A stretch of DNA of 64,000 bases from Selaginella moellendorffii (GCF_000143415.4 NW_003314302.1:18065-82064), one strand, 5' to 3'. Numbered from the stretch's first letter, positions 50,001-64,000 are shown. Numbers and translations are program-made. The notes: a model not told the origin generated them from the sequence alone.

Positions 50001-53000
50001 CTTTGTTAATGTGATCTTGAAATCACAATCAACAATCTTTCCCACAATTAGAAGAGCATGTAACACCTAGGTGTGTCAAATAGTTAAACTCACCCCTATT
50101 TGTGTAGCACATGTGGTTTTTAGCCTTTATCCTATGGTGATTTACCATAGAATAACACCACAAAGTGGAACTTAAACCCTTCATAAGCCACATGTCACTT
50201 GCCATGTGTCCAAAGGATAATGGTGTGGAATCCGAGTTTTAGGGCCTTGGGCCACTGAATGAAGGAACAGTGCCAAACCCCCAAGCATGGAGCCAAAGAG
50301 CAATGGCATTAGAGCACAGAATGACTCCCGAGCATATAACCCAAGGAGCAAAAGGACAGGAGCATGGAGCAACTTGGATTAGTTCTAGAGCAACTAGCAT
50401 CTCAATGCCAGGACCAGTATGCAAAACGGAGCCAAACAAAGTTTGGCGCTATTTTGGCATACCGGTGGCCTAACGCGAAGACATGGGTACTCCACCAGCT
50501 AGCATGGAATGGAATTTGGGTTTAGACCCAAGCCAGATGTAAAACAAGGATAAACACATAAGTGGGAACTAGACTATACCTCAAATTAGTTGGCCATACC
50601 CAACCTACCCACTATCCCTACTATACATTTAGAACCCCTTACATTCCCCCGCCCCCCCCCCTTGAGGAACACATGCTTTAGGATTTCACCCCAAGCTTCC
50701 CTTAGTATCAGGAGTTAGTCTCTAGGACAAGCTCAAAACTCATTAAATATGAAATGTCCTTAGATTGCAAATTTGGACACGGGACAAACACCATTATATT
50801 CAGGACAATCTTTACATTCCGTAAATATGCCAAATGAGTAAATTTAAACACTTTCCATAAATAGTATTTGGGACCAAAATGAAATTAACACAAAGGGCAT
50901 GATAATGAGGGTGTTTGGCAGACACAGTAAGTTATCATTTAGTGAATATTGAGGGACTAATTTCAATATTGCAGGGGTTCTTGATAGTAGTAAGTGCAAG
51001 CCAATAAAAGGAGTTTCTCAAACTGGGCCGAATATTCTCAGTAACAAACACATAGGGTTCCTACCTTATATTTATCCGATTTAAGTGCACAGTCAATAAC
51101 CAGTTTTTCAACTAGCTCAAGTGGGAACTAATAATGGGTCTAGAATTATTGACCTCCTGCCATCGTGGCAGTAAGGAAAGAATATCCGAAAGGACTAGCC
51201 GACAAGTAACTTTCGATATCCGAATTCACATTCGCGACACTCTCCCCCCCTAGGGAAGAATTGATATCCTCATCGATGCATACTTGAGTCTAGACCACTG
51301 GCAAGGAAACAACTCTAGAAAAAATTCATGGTGATCACACTATGTGAGAAATGCACCAACTTAAATGAGTGAAAGTAACCTCTTTGACTAACGCAAATGC
51401 GCTACTAGCTCAGACACCTTCTGCCCGTCACCAACAAGGAAATGACCAACAGAGTTAGCCACCCTTGCTGCTCTGGGTGTCACCAAACTTACAAAAGTGT
51501 GATACGCCTCTGCCTACAAGGACATAGAGAGAGAAGCTAGAGGCCCCAACCCTCTTGAGCAAAGAAACTAAACCCATTAGTAAGGTTTAAATAGACTACT
51601 GTAAACAGGTAGTTAGAGTTGTTTACACGGTCAAGCCCTTTCAACAGAATAAGGAACATTGACAAAGAGGCAGGTTATGTGACCAGCCGACTGTAGCTAC
51701 CCCATGACTAAAGATTTCACCATCTAACAAAATTCAATAACTAGTGTATCATCAAGGACACTCAATGACAAAACATAACTATCAAAGATTATAGACAAAA
51801 TGCCAAATAACTTACAAAAGATAATGCAAAGAATACAAAGTATCATCGACTGGTAAGAAAAATGTTTACAAATGTATCATCCGAAGGAGATAACATCCAA
51901 CCTATCAGAAGTAATGGTAATAATAGTCAACAGAGTAGAATGAATATTGCAAAGAAAACAAACCCTCATTCATGCCAACCATCACACTAACTAATTTGAA
52001 TAGATCCTAGTCAATAATACCAAAGAACCAGAGTTGCTCAGCAAGTGTTAGCAACATCCTACCGATATTTCAAACCTAAAAGATCAATCCAGAGCAAACC
52101 ACAAAGAACATGTGGTAATGCGAAAAGCCAAAAGCCATCAAAGAAAATAACTATCATAAAAGATTATCAATCATCTTATCATTGAAAAGATGCATGATCA
52201 CTGTCGAAGAAGGAATCCACCATCCCGAAGAATAGCAAATCATTCTAGATCAACAATAACCAAGCAAAACTTTTTGACAAGAATAATCAACTATCCTAAA
52301 TTATAGTCAATCATTACCAATGATTGCCAGATGTAAATACTAACTTCAACATTGAAGCTAATGAGCTAAAAAAATGCTTTCCCCAACAACTTCAAACAAA
52401 TGAACCACAAGCATGAAAACTCAAAGAACCAAAAACTCAAAGAAGTTTATAGCCAAGTCTTGTATAACAATGATCATGAGTCGCACATGAACTAATTTCA
52501 ATACTAAAGAAGAAATCATGGTACAACCCACAACATCTTTCTCAACACATCCATAAGCTAAACTTCATAATGTGAAGCTAATGAAAAGCATGTTTACATC
52601 AATCCAAAAGTTAACCATAACAAAGCTATGTTCAACAAGTGATCATCTAATCGATCCTCCATAAATCCATCTATAGCAACACATAACTCACTTCACAACA
52701 AGCAGAAGAAGAATCATCAATGATCGATATATCCCAATTGAAATCCAATAAAGACTCAAATATTCAATATCGATCACTAATTCATCCTCTCATAAAGTTA
52801 GTATAGTCCACGACTATATCACTTTTCAAGGAAAAGCTAAAGCTCAACCTTTATTAAACAATCTCGTCTAAAACACAATTAACTCAATTTGCCACTCAGC
52901 TCATTTAAACGTCAATACAGTTGCTAATTAGAAAATGCACCAAATGCCAATAACACAAAGCTATAGCCCAAACATTAACACTTTGCATTGAGACTAATGA

Positions 53001-53691
53001 AACTCAATATTAATCCTACAGAAAAATAGAAAGCAAGAGTGAATCACCACTCAAAGCTCTTTAGCAACCAAGCTAACTAAACATGAAGATACCTGTAAGC
53101 TCCTGAGTTTAGACTTCCGGAGAGGTCACCCAACCCAATACTATTCAAACCCAAGGACGTTTAACCCCAAATATCCCAAAACCATTAATTGATTGAAAAA
53201 GGGGGTACACTCTTATTCATGGGCACTTTCCCTCTATATTTGAACCCCATAGACCGTCTCTTGAGTCGTTCCCTTTGGTTGTTTATAATACCTTAGTTAG
53301 TATCTAAGACTAATCCTTCAACAATACTCAGTTTCAAATAACACATCATCAAAGAGTGATTCACCACATCCAAAACTCAATAAAATCCAATACTATAGAC
53401 CAAACATAACTAAATGATATCGACAAAGGAATCAACATGCCAACATGGAAAAACCATGCAAGTCTAATGACACGATCCTCCGCAACACCATCTGGTAAAG
53501 CAAGCCCATCAATGCTAAATCTTCATCGAGCGCAACAAGTGTCTAACAATTCTCGACAAAGTCTACAAGCAATCACTAGTTGCCAAGCAACCAATAATCA
53601 TTCTTTCAACTTACCTTCACAAGATCCAAACACTAAACTCATGTTATTGAGTTATATACTTGGCCAATATGAACATAATACCCCAGGCATG
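47076..53691 (-). repeat. Right arm of large inverted duplication (lacks ~39502-40936 and ~41091-41276 of the left arm)
   Basis: Mirror ORFs 38676+/48982- and 41363+/47600-; junctions read directly. Confidence 0.92.
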
Positions 53692-55100
53692 AGATAAAAG
53701 TTTATGGACAATCACAAACTAAATGACAACTTGAATCTAACTCAACCGCAATAAGCTCATCAACACGTTTAGCCAATAGCTCTGAGCATGCCTTGAAGAG
53801 GCTAGCTATACATGATCAACACTCAATCAAAACTAAAGTGAAGACCATGAGATGCACTCATATTGGTACACAACCTCTTCTTAGATAAAGCTATAATACG
53901 GGTACCAACATCTTAAACTCAATAACTAAGTTGGACATCACCATCCTCAGCCAAGGTGCAAAGCTACCAAGACCAAGTCAAGATCAATAAGAGCTCACTA
54001 CTCTCATAGAGTGTAACAAAATGCAAGGTGCAACCTGCCACTAAATAAAACGCTATAGAAGAAAGGCATAAGGGTCACCCTTCTTAGAAAAGTGCAACGG
54101 CCACTTTTCTATACCAACTCCAGACTCTATCCAACTCAATTGCCTTAGCCCCAAAAGTCATCATTTCTTTCAAGCTGCATCATACAAACTACTTACTAAG
54201 GTCTAAGCCAACCAAAGTCAACTCTAACCCTTTCACTAGTTTGTACTGACTTACGAAAATGGAATGGTTTTCAGGCAAAGTGATCAATAGATCAGTTATT
54301 GGAAAAGTCTAAGAAAATTTGTGGAAAATTTTCCATCCTAGAGAAAGAATGACTCTCAATCTAGGAATATAAACTTTCAAAACTTAACCAACTTCCTCCT
54401 GCTAACAATTTCATATAGTTTCATCTCAACACAAATTCTCATGACCCATAGTATGCTTAAGCCTTGAACACCATTGAAAATTTAGTCAAAGCTACTTCAA
54501 TGCTACTATATGCAAGTAGACTAGCTTCACTATCAACCACTTTGGGATTGATCATCGTTTAACCAAGCAACTTCATAAACACATTGCTCACTATCACATG
54601 GATATGATATAGAAATCACAAAGACTTGATCATTAATTGAGCAACACCACAAGAACTGCTAATGTCATTACTTTTAAGGTTTATGTGAATATCAAATGTC
54701 AACTCGATTCGATAAAATATAACATAAATGCCACATTCCACCGATAGAGATTTACAACACCCAACACCACTAATTTTTATTCACAACACGAACAAACTCA
54801 TGCCATTCTCTATCTGACCAAACTCAAAACTAATCTAACACCAAGCTACTCAAGGAGCAATAACAAGGTTCCCTAGAAAAGAATTAAGCATTGTAACCCA
54901 AATCTTCAATAACAAGCCTAAATAAAATGGTTTAGTGCTTCACCGCTATCCATCCCATAACTTGCCACTTGTAAAACTATCATTTCCAATGGACCAATAG
55001 ACTAATCCCTGTAACCTTGATTGGTTCATTTATAATCATGCCTAAGAAGGATCCACTAGTGCCATGCTAAACAACTACAAACCAGATATTTGCCACTCAT
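51240..55100 (-). mobile_element. Highly degenerate LTR retrotransposon internal region (partial mirror 34248-36698)
   Basis: PPT AGGGGGGGAGAG followed by TGT at 36687-36701 and its mirror at ~51240, plus strong strand compositional skew. Only faint gag-like traces. Confidence 0.4.
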
Positions 55101-55702
55101 AGCAAACCTAAGGAAGGTTTACTTTCCCCCATGGTACATAGAACAACTCATAGAACCATTGGAACAACTTATGGAACCACTAATAAGCTAACATTAATCC
55201 TGCCAACTCAAAGTGTAACTTTGAGTTGCTAATGTGCCTCACTTATGAGCCCAAGTGCAAACTCGTGCAAATGGAACAACTCAATCCCTCTTATGAGCCC
55301 AAGAGCAAGCTCACATTATTACGGTACAGAAAGGTAACCAAATCCATACCTAAGGAACGATTGTAGGTGGTTTCTATACTATTATATTGGTTTATTGGAT
55401 GATAACTTACTTGGATTACTTTTGTGTTCTAATCTAAGCTTTATTCACTGATAATTAAAACTCTAAGATATCATTGTTTATGATTTTAATATTGTTCAAT
55501 TATTGATCTTTGAGTTTGGGCCAGTATAGGCAGACTAGCTTCGACACTTTGTGTGCATAGTGAAATCTTTTTATTTACACGATCATGCCCTTTCAACAGA
55601 ATAAAGAACATCAACAGAGAGGAGGGTTATGTGACCAGTCAACAGTAGCTACCCCACTTTAACTACCTATTTACAGTAATCTATCTTGATGGGTTTGATT
55701 TC

Positions 55703-55731
55703 TTTGGGGTTTAGGGTTTAGGGTTTTAGGG
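55703..55731 (+). repeat. Interstitial plant telomeric repeat (TTTAGGG)n
   Basis: TTTGGGG-TTTAGGG-TTTAGGG-TTTTAGGG. Confidence 0.85.
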
Positions 55732-58700
55732 TAAAAACCTTAGTGTTTCAGATGGTCACTTGTGCTTCAAACTACTATCACTACCATACATTTAAAACGT
55801 GCCACATAAATAGTCAAATGGACTCCAAATCTTCCTTTGCATTCCAAATCTAATAAGAGGCATTGAAACTATATTTTATTATCTCCCAGTGTTCAAGGTT
55901 TTGTCGTTATAGCATAAGTTCTTCTACTATATAGGGTTGCTAGGTTCAATTCCCAATCCGCCTCATCCTTTCAAGTAGGGACAGTACAGTCTTAGAGTTG
56001 CCTCCTGAACATGGATGCTATTTTATTATTTTCCTTTTTTATTATTATTATTTTATTATTTTATTTTATTTTTATTGGCTGGAGAAAGAGCGCAAAATGT
56101 CTTGGTGAGCTAGAGAGAGGAGCTTATTGAGAGCTGGGCATGACATTACACTGTAGGAATCTAAAAGTGAAAGGAAAATATTATTATTTTATTTTTTTAT
56201 TATTGGCTGGAGAAGGAGTGCAAAATGTCTTGGTGAGCTAGAGGGAGGAGCTTACTGAGAGCTGGGTGACATTACACCATAGAAATCTAAAACTATAACT
56301 TGCAGTGTACATGTTTAAAAAATTATAGTGAGCTATATCTATAGAAGGAAAAGGGAAAAGTCCCTTGTAGATTGATCAAACAGATCATTAAAAAGTATTA
56401 ACTTAGGTGCATCTCCACTGTAGTCATGCAATCAAATTTTGTGGAAGGGAAGATATATATTTGATTTGCTCCAGCACACAAACAGCACAAACATGCCATT
56501 GACCTTACCAATTCGATCATATATACCAAACAATCACACACAATGTTGTGCCATTGAATTCTTGATGACCCTGCCAGCATATGCAAGCCTTCCTCACCAT
56601 TTGAACAAGAAAGACACTAGCCAACAAGCTAGAAATAGTGAATGAGAATGAACTTTTAAACGCATTTTATTATAGTCGTAACTACATCACAGCCGTTGGA
56701 TTAAAGGATATCTTAGAATATACCATCCAAACCGTTAGATTTTAGTGCGGCTAGGGTTTCGCGTGGCTATGGACTTCCGGGGGCGAGGTGAGAGAGACTC
56801 GGGTATTCGTCTTCCTCTGTGCAGCGGAAAGCTGCCATCTCTGGATGTTTGGGTGGCTTGAATCCCTCGGAGCTCTCCATCCGGTTGCACCCAGACGAAG
56901 GCAACGTTTTCCATCCCCCCTCTCTCAACTCCTGGTCCAGGAGCTCAGCTGCATCTATTCTGACGCAATTTCTTCGCTCCCTGACGCATCCCTTCCCGAC
57001 GCCAAGACGTGGCAAAATGCGGCGATCATCCAAGGCATCCAGCCGCCCAAGGACGAAAGGGAGCCGGCTTGGATGTCGGAGCTGTCCGAGATTTGCAGAG
57101 GTAGGATCGACGTGGACTTGCTTTTGTGCCACAAATTTCATGCTCGCCTTTCGCTACCATCTGGACGTGAACGATCCAAACGGCGTCTCCATCGACAAGG
57201 AACAAGATTGCCAGGACCTGATCACGCAAGAAGAAGAAGAGCTCTACATTGATCGTCACCTCCCTCGAGCTCAAGCTGACGAGATTGTGTGCGAGATCTG
57301 TCAAGTTTTGCCACAGTCGTACCGGAGGTTTTCCGCGTGATCAACTGGGACGTGGAGGTGAGGAGCAAAAGCTCGGCCGTTCTTGCGCATGGAAGCGACG
57401 CTGTTCTTGGGATCGAAGAAATCAGTGGGCTGAGCCGGCAGGGATTGAACAGATGCGAGATGGAATTCTACCTGTGGGCGAGCTCGTCCAAGCTCCCGTT
57501 TTTGCAGCTGGTGACTGATTTCAAGAGTGCCGCTGTCTTTTACTATCGGTTTCCGCGGACAGGATCCATCGCCACCTTGAGGAAGCTCGTGAAGTTGATC
57601 GCGTCGAGATTGCCCCCGGACTGCAATTGTCCAGAGTCTGAAATGGCTTGGTCGATTCTGGGCTGGAAACGCTTCGGAAGCGATCATGTTGGAGAGGTAT
57701 CGATTCGGCCAGTAGCTGCTCTCCAGGATCCGCGCGTGGATCCTCCAAATCTCTGGCCTCATTCGTCCACGTGGACAGTCAGATGGATTCCAAATCTTCT
57801 TTTGCATTCCAAATCCAATAAGAGGTGCTGAAACTATATTTTATTATCTCCCAGTGTTCATGGCTTTGTGGTTATGGCATGCACGCTGTAATGTTCTATT
57901 GTGTAGGGTTGCTGGGTTCGATTCCCATCCTCCTCAACTTCCAATTAAGAACAATACGGTCTTAGGGTCGCCCCCTAAACATGAATACTATTTTATTATT
58001 TTATTATTAGATTAATTGCAAGCATGAACACTATTTTATTTTACTAGTGAGAGTCAAAATCTCACCTAAGATTAACTGTGTTGAGTTTCTGGGTGTTAAG
58101 TTGGTATTAGATCATAGTAAAGAAGCAGAACCAAACTTGTAATCAATGGAATCCATTCTTACAGACTTGTCTTGGAAGTGGCATTGATACTTCTCCTAGT
58201 GAATTTGGACAAGGCACACTTACTGTAAAGGGGCAGAGTGAAGTAAACAACTAGTTTGCATACTCAGTCATCCCGTCCATGCATTGCAATGCATGGTGAA
58301 TTATTGGTGGATCCTGATTCTTGACAGAAAAGGACACAAAGAATTGAAATAGATTTCAAGTGAAAGCTTTTAAAAAGCAAGCAAACCATACATAGCCTAA
58401 CACTATGTTGTCAAGTCTAAATTGAAAATCAATAGGAAAAGGTTATTCATCCACAATTTGTATATATTAGCAATATATAATATTGGGCATTAGCTCAGAA
58501 CTCAAGTGAAAACCTAATACTCAATAACAAGCTCATTACTATTTGACCACTTTCACTTGTAAAAACCGCTTGAATATCCAGTTTTCCAATCGAAGCTTCA
58601 ACAAGTGTGAGTGATGGGAGAATCCACCAAATGGAAAGAACCATTTACCTGGATGGGCTTCAAGAGACCCTCCCTTGTCATCTACCAATTTATATATGAC

Positions 58701-61700
58701 TTTGTACAAGACCTTCACTGTCACACCTTCAGCTGCGTGCGTACATTGAAAGAAGATTGCTCCACTCTCAATTGCCAAATCTACACAAGCATATGAAGAG
58801 CGAAGAAAAACAATGCCAATACCAAGCACAACTTTTGAGAACAATGTTTAGCTGGTATGGCTCAACACTAGAGTCCTCTCCAAATGCTATAGTGCTTGCA
58901 AGATTTGCAAGCATCACCTTCCTTTGCTAGCTTGAGAGGTTAGACGACAATCATGCATGCATCCTTTCTAGACACCTAAAATACTAATGGCATTCTTGTC
59001 ACGAGCAACGGTTCTGTGCTTAACTCCATCCATCAAACCCTATTCACTTGAAAATTTTGAAGTGTATAATGAAAGATTGCACCTTTTATTTCAATTACGA
59101 GGCATGGGTTTGGTTTTTGGATTGCACTCCATATATCTCCTTGAACCTCCTAAGTTTTATCCTTAAGCTTACCATCTGAAATTTCTAAATATTTATAATG
59201 AGGAGTTGCTAAACTTTCTGGGCTGCCAAATTCAGCTAATGGTAGCCATCCGATAGGGGGATAATTGTCTTTAACCACATCTTTGCAAATAATCGTTCTA
59301 ATGTTTGCTTTCAACCAATAGGAGGTGGCTAATTGCCTTGGCAAGAGAGGAAGGTGCTATGACACAAATGTGTTGACCAGTATTAATGCTTAACCTTTTG
59401 CAGTGGAAATTTATTGGGTCATTTGGATTTTATTATTCACTCTATGGAGTTTGATAATTTTCTTTTGAGGAAACATATTTATAGCTACTTCCTCAATTTT
59501 TCTTTGAAAGTGGAATATAATATTTGTTGTTTTGATACTATTCCAATTTAATTTTCAATATAACTAATCAAAACAATGCTTAATGGATATTCTGGTTCCC
59601 TCTTAGGTATATTCAGTTCTTATTAGTTAATACCTCAGAAGATTTCTTAGGTGCAATTTTACTTTATAGAGCATGGTTAAGAGTAGAATCAAGCCAAAAG
59701 ATGATGTGAATAAAAAAAAGGGACACCAAGAATAACAAAGTGTTAGAGATGAGGCCTCAAAAAGAAATATCAAAACTACTTACAATCTCTTGCTTCGTAT
59801 GTTATTTTGTTGCAAGTGTTGCAACAATCATTCTTCTTTTTCTTCTGAACTTGTCCAACTTGCTACTATTGCCCTGATCATTTGTTAGTCCTAGTTTCCT
59901 ACATTGTGACAAATCATTTCCTCTTTTTTAGGAAGGGTGCCAATTCTTTCTCATTCAAGCTCTTACTTGAGAAAACCCTCCAAAACTGTGAAATCGGCTA
60001 TGATCTAGCCAAAAGTGTTGCTAGAACTCAAATGATGTAACCTTACAAGTTGCATTGGTCCACTAAACCCCTTGAAGAAAGTTGTGATTAACTTGTCATC
60101 ATCAAACTCTTTTATTTGAATTGCATTCATCTTCTTAGCAATATCTATGAGAAATTAATTATGGATTCTATCTCACTCTGTTTGCAACTGTTCAACTATA
60201 ATTTGAGTTCCAAAAATTTTACTCTGCTTGTTATACCAAGGATCATACATAGAGCATCCTAATTTTCCTTTGCTAATTAGTCAATATTGGTCTTTTTACC
60301 TTAGCATTTCAAGCCTTGGCATTGCCCAAGCTCCCACATTTGCCATACATGTAAGCAATCATGTTGGTGAGGTATCAATTCGGCCAATATTTACTCCCTA
60401 GGATCTGCACATGGATTCTCCAAATCTCTAGCCTCATAGCCCTTGGATGTTGTCCATGTGGACAGTCAAATGGATTCTAAATTTTCTTTTGCATTCTAAA
60501 TCCAATGAGAGGTGCTGAAACTATATTTTATATTTTCCCAGTGTTCATGGCTTTGTGGTTATAGCATGCATGCCGTAATGTTCTGTTGTGTAAGGTTGTT
60601 GGGTTTGATTCCTATTTGCCTCATCTTTTAATTAAGGACTGTATTTATTCATAGGAAATAAATGAAAAAACATTGGTACACTACTGTCAATTCTATTGCT
60701 CAACTGAGCGTCTAGATACTCTTAAGCATATGAAAAAAGGAGATCAAAGCAAAGGTTAATTTTGTGATAGTTGGCAAACATACATCCAAACCATTAATTA
60801 ATTTAGCTATTTTGCCTTATATAAATCCTAAGAAAATGCTCATCTTGCCATACATGGCAATGGTTATGGATATTATGTCATTGCTAAAGTTGGAAGAGGA
60901 TAGAATTTCTCCAGCAAGTTCGATAGATGTTAGCTATTTGATTATATTTATCATTTTTATGTATTATTTTCTCACTCACAACTTTTATTCTATAGATTTG
61001 GGGTGCTAAAAGTGGGAATGTTGTTTTGAGCTTCTAAATGAAGCTTTATGAATATGAAACTCAATTAATGCTCCCTCTCTGGTAAAAAACAAATTCACTG
61101 CACTTTGACACTCATAAAACTAGTGCTATTATTAGATATAGAAGTTGAGTTTAGCATTAAGATTGATAATTTAGTTAGTAGATTTCTTAGTTTTCTCTTT
61201 TTCCATAGTTTTTAGCTATTGTCTTCATTTCATATCCAAAACAAAGATCACAATGAGAATAACTATTAACATATATCAATACCTCTTCCAAAAGTGACTA
61301 TCACAGTTGTGGTGGAATAATTTTCTTCTGTTAATACAAGTTCTTCCACTTTGCATATTCTTGGACTTGGAAAACATGAGTTAGAGGTAGACTTGTATGT
61401 TGCTTTTGGTCTTATTTGCTTTTTAAAAACTTGGATTTTCTCTAGCTTTAATCTAGGTCTTTCTATCGAGATAATTTGCCTAAAACTTTAGAAGTTCTAG
61501 TAGGGGTAATAATAAAAGAACTTGACGTGAAGCTAGTTTTCCTATTAGAATACACCTCAAGCCATAAGAACAACTCACTATACATTACAATGCATGGATA
61601 GGGATGATAATAGTGACAACAATGGTGCATCATCAAATACCTAAAGCAATAAAGCCTTGCATTTAAAAGATTATGTTAGAGCAAGAATATATGTTAAGCT

Positions 61701-61799
61701 ATATCACTCTTTGTTTTGCATTCAACTTAGGCCTAATCTCAAGTTCCATGCTACTCTAGTTGGTGGGGTACCCACTTCCTCACATTAAGCCACCAAGTT

Positions 61800-63200
61800 T
61801 ATGAACCTCCCAAAGAGATTATCTCAAATAAAAATTTGAGATTTATGGAGAAGTTTTGGGGTATATTGTTTTAATTGTTATCAAGTTGAAGTTTAGTACA
61901 ATTTATCATTCTCAAACAAATGGGTGAACTAAATGGCACAGGTTAAGGATTATTTATGGTACTATGTCATGGTAGACCAATGTAACTAAATTGAGCATTT
62001 GAACAAAGCAAAAATCTGTAATAATAACATATTTCACAATGCTATTAATTTTTCTCTATAGGAGATGTTACAAGGGAATGCTCATAAAGTTCCTTAACAA
62101 ATCATTGAGTCCTTAAACTTATGTAGAGTAATTATGCCAAGATTGGTCTAAGGTTACTAAGGCAATGGGCAAAGCTCAAAATAGGTAACAATATGATAAA
62201 GATAAGCATTATTGGGATGTACTGTATCAAGTGGGAGACCAAGTTTGGTTATCTTTATGAAATTTGAATATTAAAGGATCTTTAGTTTTTACTAAAATAT
62301 GCTAGTCCCTATTAGGTACTCAAGCAAATAGATGATATATTTTATTAGTCAAATCTTCTAAAAGAGACAAGTTTACATGATATGTTTCATGTTAGTTTAT
62401 TAGCCCTATATCATGAGAATTCTAACTACTCTATAGAAGTTTGTCTAGCACCACAAGTTTATGATAGTGAATTTGAGTATGAGGTTGAAGCAATTCTTTT
62501 ATCTTGCAAAACATGTGATAGTTGAATCAAAGAATATTCAGTTAAGTGGAAAGTTTACCCAACTTGGGAACCTATTAGGAATTTTATATATGCTTATAGA
62601 GTATGAAAATTATAATAAAAAGTAGTTTTTATAAACCTTTATAATAAATCTTGCAAATCAATAAAGTAACACATTTCTTTCAATCCAAAGTTTATTTAGT
62701 TTATCATATTTGCCAAACACCCTCACTATCATGCCTCATTTGTTAATCTTGTTTTGGTTTATGTGTTATTTATTGCAAGTTCCTAAATCTTCTAATGAGG
62801 CATATCTACAAAATGTAGAGAGTGTCCTAGACCATATGATGATGTTCCCACATCCTAATTCATAATCTATTCACCATTCCATATTCATTAAGTTTTTAAA
62901 TTTGTTATAGAGATTAACTCTTGGGATTGGAGTGAAAGCTCAAAGCAAGAGTTCCTCTAAAGGGGTGAGGGGGCTCCAAATGTATGGTAATGATAATAGT
63001 TGGAAGCACAAGCAACTATTTGAGACACTAGTTTGGAAATTATTAGGCTATATCATTCCTTATTTTGTATTCGATTTAAGCCTAAGCCTAAATTCCATAC
63101 TACTTTAATTGGTGGGGTACCCACCTCCTCAAATTAGGCCATTGGTATGCCAAAATTATGCCAAACACTGTCCGACACTATTTTGCATATAGGAATTAAT
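61800..63200 (+). mobile_element. Gypsy chromovirus 3' remnant: integrase C-terminus, chromodomain, PPT and LTR piece
   Basis: YQVGDQVWLS, LHDMFHVSLL, chromodomain EYEVEAIL...EYSVKWKVYPTWEP (~62200-62580) and a purine tract at ~62959. Confidence 0.8.
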
Positions 63201-63604
63201 TATAGAAAGCTAATGCTTGTAGGGGAATTTAAGTGTATACTAGACCCATGTTTTATAGCACAACAAGCTTAAAGTTTGACTTCAAATTCAGATGCATTAC
63301 ATTTATAGTTTGTGTCTCCATCAAATCCTATCTTGAGCTGTAATTGAAAACAAATTAATCTACATTAGGTTCGGCAAGAATTGCTTCCATAGTCTTTATG
63401 ACAAATGCCATGGCTAAAGAGAAATAAAAGCTAAGACTCATCATATTCTCTTCTTCCTCTATATCAGAATTGGCAAAATAAAAATCTAAATCATAGAAGG
63501 CTTTAAGAATTGGTAGTATCACTCATCAATCTTTAGCAATCTATGCTTCTTGTTGATAAGCCCATTAAGTTGCTTATAAATCTAAATACTCTTTATATTG
63601 ATGC
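62978..63604 (-). repeat. Diverged inverted copy of ~39300-39875
   Basis: For example, 63480-63540 AAAATCTAAATCATAGAAGGCTTT... matches the reverse complement of 39365-39425. Confidence 0.8.
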
Positions 63605-64000
63605 CTAGCCTCTTTTTATATTTGTTAGATTGTCTAGAATAAGATTTCAAACTTCAAACCTTTACTAATCAATTTGAACTCATAAACTAACTAGTTGAAT
63701 CTTCTATATTAATCCTAGATCGAGTCTTTAAACCAATCAATCACAGTTATAACCTTTGGTTTCTAGGTATTACAACTTTTTTTTTTTCATTAAAAAGTTC
63801 GATACTAGCCTTGAGTTCCCTCGAGGTCTAAGAATTGTATCCTTGGCAGCGTCGTGGGGCTGGGTTTTGCTTCGCCCTGGGCGCGATGATAGCCAGGAAG
63901 TCAAAGCTCTCGCAAACTCCGATTGACAGGATTTCTCATCGCAGTGTAGTCTCTTGGACTCGGGCTACTCACAGCTGGTTGGCCTTGGATCTCTTAGTCT

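Noticed and set aside
63835-64000. GC-rich start of a possible gene or element at the window edge
   Set aside because: Too short to identify.

Overview
Eukaryotic land-plant genomic DNA. Very short (~50-60 bp) introns and tight gene packing suggest a lycophyte such as Selaginella (inference). The window has three zones. (1) 1-8.8 kb looks like the 3' part of a Helitron. It has a CCCAGC-GGA-GCTGGG hairpin plus CTAG|T terminus at 8747-8773, an intact 4-exon RPA70-like gene, a disabled intron-containing MORC ATPase gene and a fragment of an inositol 5-phosphatase gene. (2) 8.9-31.6 kb is a dense housekeeping block: tRNA-Ile(AAT), a UGT pseudogene, NDB-type NADH dehydrogenase, a Nudix hydrolase, LCMT1 (intron 1 holds a cluster of 3-4 box C/D snoRNAs with recognisable rRNA guides), IBR3, the AHAS small subunit, RLP24, MON2 and a single-domain Pin-II protease inhibitor missed by the ORF track. 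(3) 33.7-64 kb is a rearranged TE and duplication region. It contains a ~19.4-kb imperfect palindrome. The palindrome's spacer holds a Tf1/sushi-like chromovirus with a self-priming PBS, a G-GGA-AAC frameshift site and a nested minisatellite-bearing solo LTR. The zone also has a direct duplication that begins at an interstitial telomere repeat, a tRNA-like SINE candidate, Copia and Gypsy remnants, and an amplified orphan GC-rich gene. Exon boundaries and repeat ends were read by eye and are approximate unless stated.
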